A DNA stretch of 32,000 nucleotides from contig NZ_JAYKGW010000183.1 of assembly GCF_035285525.1 (NCBI RefSeq), positions 1 to 32,000 of the forward strand. Reading direction: 5' to 3'. Below, one piece after another: positions 26,956 to 32,000 of the stretch. Origin of the DNA: Okeania sp. (lineage in GTDB: Bacteria > Cyanobacteriota > Cyanobacteriia > Cyanobacteriales > Microcoleaceae). Every line of letters starts with the position of its first letter. Position 1 is the stretch's first letter. A model generated the notes under the pieces. It ran no database searches and was not told the DNA's origin. It saw only the letters and a program-made list of their open reading frames with translations. The position numbers were made by a program, and so were the translations under genes.

Positions 26956-27219
26956 TTATCCTACAGATAGACTGTGTGTCTGTGATTTTTTGGCGATCGC
27001 TTCCTCCTGTAGTAGCTCTTCTAACTTTGCTCTGACTTTATCCTGCCAGTTTGGAATATTTTTGATAGTTGCTAAGTCATTAGAGTCAATTCTCAATGCG
27101 AGTAAAGCTTTGTTTGGTTTCTCTGGGTTTTTGGCTTGAAAAGCATACTTAGAAATTCCTGGATTGCCTCCTGGTCTTCCAGGTCGGGAACTCTTTGCTT
27201 TGTGTTTAGTCGCGATCAT
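26956..27219 (-). CDS. Small basic protein with a predicted ribbon-helix-helix (CopG/Arc-like) layout; first gene of the operon and probable autoregulator
   Basis: 87 aa. Basic Gly/Pro-rich N-tail (KSSRPGRPGGNPGI), then a beta-strand-like ALLALRIDSND, helix LATIKNI, and helix NWQDKVRAKLEELLQEE. GAGGA lies 7 nt upstream of the ATG. The fold assignment is an inference from the residue pattern. Confidence 0.5.
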   Translation of the reverse strand: MIATKHKAKSSRPGRPGGNPGISKYAFQAKNPEKPNKALLALRIDSNDLATIKNIPNWQDKVRAKLEELLQEEAIAKKSQTHSLSVG

Positions 27220-27254
27220 TCTTTGTCCTCAATCATGTCCAATCCTTTGTTCAT

Positions 27255-27274
27255 ATTATAGCACGTTAACACGC
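27255..27274 (-). promoter_or_regulatory. Extended -10 promoter (TGcTATAAT) for the three-gene operon, with an adjacent GTTAACACGC motif (site A, 27265-27274)
   Basis: The minus strand reads GCGTGTTAACGTGCTATAAT. The -10 is ~35 nt upstream of ATG 27219. The same 10-mer recurs at 27311-27320. Confidence 0.45.
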
Positions 27275-27297
27275 AAAGAAATATTTTATATTAATGG

Positions 27298-27326
27298 TTG
27301 ACATTTATATGTTAACACGCTATGAT
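27298..27326 (+). promoter_or_regulatory. Divergent near-consensus promoter with GTTAACACGC (site B) filling the last 10 nt of its spacer
   Basis: TTGACA (27298-27303), a 17-nt spacer, then TATGAT (27321-27326). No plus-strand ORF follows. Confidence 0.45.
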
Positions 27327-27386
27327 AATAAACGTATAAATTAAGAGGCCAGCATTCAGCCGTCAGCAGTAATTGACAAAATATCA

Positions 27387-27621
27387 TTAATTTTCATAAG
27401 TTTTAGCTATTGATCCTGTTAATAATTTATGGCGCTCGGCTATTGGCAAACGAGCAATTTCTTTGAGAGATAACTGATTTTTAGAATCAACTTCAGATAG
27501 TTTCAATTTATGTTGAATAAACTGCAATATTGTCTAGCACTTCCTGTTGTTTTTCAAGTGGTAATAATTTCAGATTATCTATGATTTCTTGTTCAATATT
27601 ATTGTTTATTATTGCTGTCAT
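27387..27621 (-). pseudogene. Small antitoxin-like gene, frameshifted (235 nt)
   Basis: MTAIINNNIEQEIIDNLKLLPLEKQQEVLDNIAVYST* continues in another frame as ..FIQHKLKLSEVDSKNQLSLKEIARLPIAERHKLLTGSIAKTYEN*. A GGGAG SD precedes the ATG. The 3' end abuts a solo MITE-type end (CAGCATTCAGCCGTCAGC, ~27350-27369). Confidence 0.4.
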
Positions 27622-27637
27622 AAAAGTAATCTCCCAT

Positions 27638-27835
27638 TCATAAAATGCGGCGATCGCTCACCCCATCTTTTACATCACATTCCCCAGAATTTTTACCTAA
27701 ATCCCAAATAGAAGGTGTTTTTTTGATGGTGGTAATAATAATTTTCCCATTTTCTTGAATAATGTCAAATTCTTGGTTTTCTCCTAACAATTCTTTAGGT
27801 ATTAATAAGCCTTCTTCTGTTGCTGTTAATTTCAT
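27638..27835 (-). CDS. AbrB/MazE/SpoVT-fold antitoxin (VapB-like), copy 1, without an intact toxin partner
   Basis: MKLTATEEGLLIPKELLGENQEFDIIQENGKIIITTIKKTPSIWDLGKN... is a paralogue of 29582-29794 and shares most residues with it. Confidence 0.65.
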   Translation of the reverse strand: MKLTATEEGLLIPKELLGENQEFDIIQENGKIIITTIKKTPSIWDLGKNSGECDVKDGVSDRRIL

Positions 27836-27902
27836 GTTTAATTACCTCAATTCATTTTGTAAATTAATTCATTAAAATCGCCCTATTTCAGAATGGCAAT
27901 AC

Positions 27903-28290
27903 TTATCCCAAATTTTCAATTTCCTGTAATACATCTACCAAAGTAGGAGCATTTGAGGAAATAACATTTTCTTGACTTCCATCATCTTTATGGTGGGGAA
28001 AATTTGGTAAGTTTAGCTTTTTATGATGTTCAGTATTGTCATAGCGGAAAATCAGATTATTTGAGGCAGTCATATATTGATAGGAATACATATCGCGCTC
28101 TATTGTTAATTCTAAATCTACAAATTTTCGCACCATTAAAACAGAATTATCTAGAAACTTTATTTCCCCTCGAATCATACCTTCGCGCATCACTTCTTTG
28201 AGAGGTTATAATCTGAAAATTTTGCACTATTTCACAAGCTACTATTAAGTCGTAAAGTTGTTGGAAGTAGTCTTCAAATAACAAATTCAA
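27903..28290 (-). pseudogene. TumE-family (DUF6516) toxin-like gene with a probable N-terminal frameshift near 28195-28205
   Basis: The 96-aa ORF contains ..IRGEIKFLDNSVL...DMYSYQYM....LIFRYDNTEHHKKLNLPNFPHHKDDGSQENVISSNAPTLVDVLQEIE, which is the TumE/DUF6516 signature. The expected N-terminus (LNLLFEDYFQQLYDLIVACEIVQNFQIITSQ) is in another frame. The total of 388 nt equals 129 codons plus 1. Confidence 0.55.
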
Positions 28291-28564
28291 TATCTCCCAA
28301 TTTTTATATCTTTTCTTCGAGTCGTTTCAACATCAAAGCTTCCCCTATCCATTCATCTAATTCTAATGTTTATTCAAATTCATCATTCTCATATCGAAGC
28401 AGAAATTCTTGAGTAGGTAACTGATATTTTTATTCAAATTATAAGAGTCTTTTTTTAGTTTGAGAAATTCCCGATTTCAGGGATTTTATCCTGTCAAACC
28501 TCATCTTTTCAATCATGTTTTTTAATGATTCTGGGTCTCGACATTTAATTTTTAGTTCTGGCAT
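28274..28564 (-). pseudogene. Partner gene of the TumE-like toxin (putative antitoxin) carrying four in-frame TAA codons and no frameshift
   Basis: MPELKIKCRDPESLKNMIEKMRFDRIKSLKSGISQTKKRLL*FE*KYQLPTQEFLLRYENDEFE*TLELDEWIGEALMLKRLEEKI*KLGDIEFVI*. An AAGGAG SD lies upstream of ATG 28564. The tracked ORF 28439-28621 borrows its N-terminus from a repeat element. Confidence 0.5.
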
Positions 28565-28590
28565 ATTTATTATCTCCTTTAAAAGTAATT

Positions 28591-28759
28591 GTAGGTTGGG
28601 TTGAGGAACGAAACCCAACAATAGAAATCTCCATAAAAGAGGAAATAGGGAAGAATAATTGATAATTTATGGATAAAAATTGATTCTACTTTTTATTTTT
28701 GGAAATTTCTAATAGTAAAGCTTTGTTGGGTTGAACGATAGTGAAACCGAACTTACGGC
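28591..28759. repeat. Dispersed element GTAGGTTGGGTTGAGGAACGAAACCCAACA...TTGGGTT...ACGGC, interrupted by a nested MITE
   Basis: The left part (28591-28620) and right part (28712-28759) match the uninterrupted, reverse-oriented copy at 29475-29543. Confidence 0.7.
28622..28711. mobile_element. 90-bp MITE (TIR TAGAAATCTCCATAAAA / TTTTTGGAAATTTCTA) nested inside the element above
   Basis: It belongs to the same family as 29826-29938, with a shared core GGGAAGAATAATTGATAATTTATGGATAAAAATTGATTCTACTTTTTATTTTTGGA. Confidence 0.7.
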
Positions 28760-28804
28760 TGATAACTGATAACTTTTTAGTTAGGTTAGTAACTATATCA
28801 ATTA

Positions 28805-29215
28805 TCATGGTAACATTTTAAAGCCAGCTTGAAAAAAATGGTTATCTAAAGTTAAAGCTGTAACTATCTTTCGTTGTTTCATAATTATAAATGATAAACA
28901 ATGAGTTAGAGAATAGGATTTATCTTGATGCTTTTGAAAATATTGCCATCCTTAATTAAATAGATTTTGATCGATATTAATCAATTCTATCTCAGGACTT
29001 TCTAATAGTTGATTACCAACTTCCACTGCTTTATAATGAAGGTTTCTACTATTGAAGAAAGTTACAACTTCATCAAAAATATACGTTGTTGTTACTAAAA
29101 AAGGCTTAGATTTTACTAAAAAATTCCAATTTTCTAATACTTGTTGATGAGCGTCTTCACTTTTGATTTCTAGAGCCAAAATATAGCTAGTATCCAAAAA
29201 ATAGATTTCTTTCAT
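28805..29215 (-). pseudogene. PIN-domain VapC toxin with in-frame TAA at 28952-28954
   Basis: MKEIYFLDTSYILALE...FDEVVTFF...LFN*GWQYFQKHQDKSYSLTHCLSFIIMKQRKIVTALTLDNHFFQAGFKMLP*. The PIN acidic residues are present and the frame is preserved through the stop. Confidence 0.65.
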
Positions 29216-29295
29216 TGTTGATTATAAAGATAACGGTCGTGATTAATTGCGCCATCGTTTACATCGCATTCCACAGGTGTTGCTGTTAATTTCAC
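29212..29295 (-). pseudogene. Internally deleted VapB (AbrB-type) antitoxin remnant, ATG changed to GTG
   Basis: VKLTAT|PVECDVNDGAINHDRYLYNQQ* retains only the first 6 and last ~21 codons of the paralogues. Its TGA overlaps the VapC ATG (ATGA). Confidence 0.6.
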
Positions 29296-29474
29296 GTTTA
29301 ATTACCTCAATTAATTTTGTATATTAATTCATTAAATAGAAGCGATCGCCAATTAAAAAATTAAAATAATCGCCAACTGATAACTGATTTTATGGTTCAA
29401 TCCAGTCTTCACAAGCTGCAATTAAAATATTAGCAACTCGATTATCGAGAGCTTCTTTGAACGCTTCTGTCTTC

Positions 29475-29543
29475 CGCGTAGCGGTACGATAGTGAAACCC
29501 AACCAAACCCTACTGTTGGGTTTCGTTCCTCAACCCAACCTAC
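29475..29543. repeat. Uninterrupted copy (reverse orientation) of the GTAGGTTGGGTTGAGGAACGAAACCCAACA element
   Basis: CGCGTAGCGGTACGATAGTGAAACCCAACCAAACCCTACTGTTGGGTTTCGTTCCTCAACCCAACCTAC. It truncates a VapC paralogue after codon 14. Confidence 0.7.
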
Positions 29544-29585
29544 GGCTAAAGTATAGCTAGTATCCAAAAAATAGACTTCTTTCAT
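29544..29585 (-). pseudogene. 5' stub (14 codons) of a second VapC PIN toxin gene
   Basis: MKEVYFLDTSYTLA.. is almost identical to the start of 28805-29215. The rest has been replaced by the repeat element. Confidence 0.6.
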
Positions 29586-29794
29586 TGTTGATTATACAGA
29601 TAACGGTTGCGATCGCTAACCCCATCTTTTACATTAAATTCCACAGGATTTTTACCTAAATCCCAAATAGAAAGTGTTTTTTTGATGCTGGTAATAATAA
29701 TTTTTCCATTTTCTTGAATAATCTCAAACTCTTGGCTTTCTCCTAATAATTCTTTAGGTATTAATAAGCCTTGTTCTGTTGCTGTTAATTTCAT
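29582..29794 (-). CDS. AbrB/MazE/SpoVT-fold antitoxin (VapB-like), copy 3, intact
   Basis: MKLTATEQGLLIPKELLGESQEFEIIQENGKIIITSIKKTLSIWDLGKNPVEFNVKDGVSDRNRYLYNQQ. Its stop overlaps the ATG of the VapC stub (ATGA). Confidence 0.7.
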   Translation of the reverse strand: MKLTATEQGLLIPKELLGESQEFEIIQENGKIIITSIKKTLSIWDLGKNPVEFNVKDGVSDRNRYLYNQQ

Positions 29795-29825
29795 ATTTAA
29801 TTACCTCAATTAATTTTGTAGATTA

Positions 29826-29938
29826 ATAGACATCTCCAGAAAAGAGGGAACGCTTAACACAACCGCGCTTAACTGGGAAGAAGAATTGATAATTTATAGA
29901 TAATAATTGATTTTACTTTTTATTTTTGGAGATGTCTA
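29826..29938. mobile_element. 113-bp MITE with perfect TIR TAGACATCTCCAGAAAA / TTTTTGGAGATGTCTA, inserted in the conserved vapB upstream leader
   Basis: The two other vapB upstream regions read ..TTTTGTA.ATTAATTCATTAAA.. without interruption (27858-27880 and 29316-29338). Here the same string is split at TAAT, so a TSD of 2-4 nt is possible. The element carries an extra ~30-nt insert (GAACGCTTAACACAACCGCGCTTAACT) that the 28622 copy lacks. Confidence 0.75.
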
Positions 29939-30046
29939 ATTCATTAAAATTACTATATTTCAAAATTGCCATGCTTATGCTATCTTTAAACACTATAGAT
30001 TGGGCGCTGCGTTACACTCCGTTAACGCATCCTAGTGGGCTGAAAA

Positions 30047-31075
30047 CTACGAAACAGAAGAACACCTGCTAACTTCAATATTCTTCCTGAGTTGCGACAG
30101 GAACTTATTTGAGGTAATTCTCACTAGAATTGAAGCGATCGTATCTCGATGCAGTGTCTTTTCCTTCGAGTAAAGCATCTGCTTACACGTTTTGTGTTCT
30201 TGCTTGAGGTACGCCAGACAATCAGCGTAAACCCCCTTGTTTACCATTATGTCTAGAATTTCGCGATATTTACTGTCGTCAATAGCTTCCAGTCTCAATT
30301 CTTCGAGTCGTTTCCTCTCTTGCTCATTACATCTTTGAGTCATTAAATAAACTGCCAACGTGAGTTTTCCATTTATAAAGTCTGAAAATTGATCCTGATA
30401 TGGTTTTTCCAGCTTTGATAAATTCTCAACTGGCAGTGCAAAATCACCGAAATCATTTGCAGCTTGAGTAGCGGCTCCATAGATAGCCCCCATTTCATAA
30501 AGTAGTTCGTCAGGCTTTCCTGCCACAATCGAGCCTGCAAAAAAACAACTCCCGTAAAATACACCAGAAAGCAGTCTACACCGCAGTTGATAAGCCTCTA
30601 GAAAATTATCGTAGTCTTGATATTCACTTATTCTAGAAACCTGTAGGTCTCGAATATCCATCATCTGACCAAGATAAACTTGGTGGTTTATTTGACTCAG
30701 AAGTGGTAAAACTGATGTCAGACTATGCTCTTCTAGAATTTGTTGGGCAATTTCTCTAAGTTGAAACCCAGATATAACTAGCTTTCGTTTATTTTCAGGG
30801 CTATCATACCCATGCTTTTCATCAAGAAACCAGTTAATCACATAAGTTGAGCAGTTTAGGACCTCAAAACTTGCACAAACTGGAAGAATCTCCTTCCAGT
30901 TTTGACCTCCGTTAATTTCATAACCTGTTCTGATCTGGAGATCCCGTAATCGAGGGTGGCCATGTCGCTTCATCGGAAGTAGCTTCACTTCCGGACTCAA
31001 CTTGTCCATATAGTGTTTGATAAGTATATCTGTTGCTTGTGACGTCTCTTCCATGAGATTGAAATACTGGCTCAT
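30047..31075 (-). CDS. Divergent trans-isoprenyl diphosphate synthase-like protein (polyprenyl synthetase fold) with altered Asp-rich motifs
   Basis: 342 aa that aligns by eye along its length with short-chain prenyl diphosphate synthases. The FARM position reads FLDEKHGYD (DExxxxD instead of DDxxxxD). VYLGQMMDIRDL corresponds to GGQ..D. The SARM position reads QAANDFGDF (NDxxD instead of DDxxD). It is followed by INGKLTLAVYL, corresponding to GK.T.P. Confidence 0.6.
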   Translation of the reverse strand: MSQYFNLMEETSQATDILIKHYMDKLSPEVKLLPMKRHGHPRLRDLQIRTGYEINGGQNWKEILPVCASFEVLNCSTYVINWFLDEKHGYDSPENKRKLVISGFQLREIAQQILEEHSLTSVLPLLSQINHQVYLGQMMDIRDLQVSRISEYQDYDNFLEAYQLRCRLLSGVFYGSCFFAGSIVAGKPDELLYEMGAIYGAATQAANDFGDFALPVENLSKLEKPYQDQFSDFINGKLTLAVYLMTQRCNEQERKRLEELRLEAIDDSKYREILDIMVNKGVYADCLAYLKQEHKTCKQMLYSKEKTLHRDTIASILVRITSNKFLSQLRKNIEVSRCSSVS

Positions 31076-31839
31076 TTGTCACCCCCTTTCTGATAAATTC
31101 GGTATTGATCGTTTTGGTAAGAAATTAGTTGGAAGCCTGCTGAACTCAACATACCTTCTACATAATCGAGTTCGAGTAATCGCATTTGTACTCTTTGATG
31201 TTCCGTAATACTCTCATGTTTGTGACACACATAATCAATAATGAGATATTGCTCCCCATCAACCCAATTTTTGCTAACGGTTCTTTCAAACGACATTTCC
31301 CCATCAAACTTATCTAATTTACTGTGATTAGCATTTGATGTGGTAATAATTAAATACCCTCCGTCATATAAGTGTGCAGCAACCCGTTCAAAACTTTGTT
31401 GAATAGCATCTATATCCTGGATATGGCTAGCAAGTAAAAAGGTATCACTATCACGAATAAAAGCCCAAGCACCACCACGGGAATAGGCAGCATCAAATGT
31501 CTGATCGAGTTCAAGATTACATACATCTTGACAATAGAGTTCTACTTGAGAACCCAAGCAAGTCTGAGCTTGAGCAAGTAGCGACGTGCTTGTATCTATC
31601 CCAGTGATTTGGAGTAGAGGTTTCAACTGAATAAGTTGTTCTGCTAGCAAACCAGTTCCGATTCCTATATCCAAGATTTTTTGCCGATTTCCCAAAATCT
31701 CTAGCAGTTCGGTTGCAATTGCTCTATAATCTCGGTTCCTTCCAATGAAAGCATTATAGAAATTGGACATACCTTTGTATAGATCGGCATCACGGGATTC
31801 GAACTTGGCTATCACCTGTTTTATATCAGAGTTGTTCAT
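31072..31839 (-). CDS. Class I SAM-dependent methyltransferase, translationally coupled to the prenyl-synthase-like gene
   Basis: 255 aa. Motif I ILDIGIGTGLLAEQL, post-I ITGIDTS, and LYDGGYLIITT. Its TGA overlaps the downstream ATG (ATGA at 31072-31075). Confidence 0.8.
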   Translation of the reverse strand: MNNSDIKQVIAKFESRDADLYKGMSNFYNAFIGRNRDYRAIATELLEILGNRQKILDIGIGTGLLAEQLIQLKPLLQITGIDTSTSLLAQAQTCLGSQVELYCQDVCNLELDQTFDAAYSRGGAWAFIRDSDTFLLASHIQDIDAIQQSFERVAAHLYDGGYLIITTSNANHSKLDKFDGEMSFERTVSKNWVDGEQYLIIDYVCHKHESITEHQRVQMRLLELDYVEGMLSSAGFQLISYQNDQYRIYQKGGDK

Positions 31840-32000
31840 ACTCCAAGAAATTCCTAAAACTTTGGCTGTTTTTTCTAACTATAACAGAACTTGTGTAAAG
31901 ATACTATATAGTCTTAATATAAAATCCGTCAGAATTCAGAATTTCCTCCGGAATACTCCGCAAACAGAATTCAGAATCCAGAAGGGAAAAGAACTCAGAA

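Noticed and set aside
28274-28564. Whether the multiple in-frame TAA/TAG codons indicate stop-codon reassignment or programmed readthrough.
   Set aside because: All long intact genes in the window terminate normally at TAA/TAG/TGA with no extensions. The stops occur only in accessory genes that also carry frameshifts, deletions and MITE insertions. Ordinary pseudogenisation is the simpler explanation. It is retained only as a check in the findings.
30047-31839. Whether the methyltransferase and terpenoid-type gene pair is the cyanobacterial 2-methylisoborneol (GPP methyltransferase + MIB synthase) operon.
   Set aside because: The 342-aa protein aligns with chain-elongating prenyl diphosphate synthases (the GK.T.P motif and the FARM/SARM positions). 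It does not align with class I terpene cyclases, it has no NSE/DTE motif, and no cyclic-nucleotide-binding genes flank it within the window.
1-32000. Scan for tRNA, rRNA, tmRNA, RNase P and SRP RNA signatures (GTTCGAATC-type T-loops, GGAGGAAAGTCCGG and similar).
   Set aside because: None were found by eye. The only GGATTCGAAC-like string (31793-31802) lies inside the methyltransferase CDS and has no cloverleaf context.

Overview
Visibly AT-rich chromosomal segment from a filamentous (Nostocales-like) cyanobacterium. This is inferred from more than a dozen HIP1 palindromes (GCGATCGC), STRR-like heptamer arrays, many small dispersed repeats and MITEs, and a natF-natG-natH-bgtA amino-acid ABC transporter cluster. 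Intact housekeeping genes: MidA-type methyltransferase, DUF1400-type alpha/beta hydrolase, Fur-family regulator, VOC/glyoxalase, TVP38/DedA-like membrane protein, class I methyltransferase, HAD hydrolase, the four transporter genes and a Zn-dependent alcohol dehydrogenase. Between them lie eroded accessory genes: an NgoFVII-like restriction enzyme tail with a nonsense codon, a ParDE pair hit by nonsense, frameshift and MITE insertion, a type II R-M cassette with a frameshifted R gene wedged between natH and bgtA, and a frameshifted Uma2 nuclease. From about 23.0 to 29.9 kb there is an accessory/defence island. It holds an intact AbiL-like pair (AAA ATPase + RloB/AbiLii), bracketed by a duplicated promoter/5' stub upstream and 2.8 tandem copies of a 324-bp unit downstream. 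Each unit carries a near-consensus promoter and an intrinsic terminator, so this is a candidate tandem sRNA array. Next comes a translationally coupled three-gene operon of unknown function (RHH-like, 59 aa, 121 aa) with a structured divergent promoter region. After that is a graveyard of decayed toxin-antitoxin modules (AbrB/VapB-VapC x3, a TumE-like pair, one small antitoxin) riddled with nested MITEs. The right edge carries a translationally coupled SAM methyltransferase and a divergent trans-prenyl-diphosphate-synthase-like gene with altered Asp-rich motifs. No rRNA, tRNA or CRISPR array was seen. All functional calls come from reading the translations from memory of families; no database search was run.
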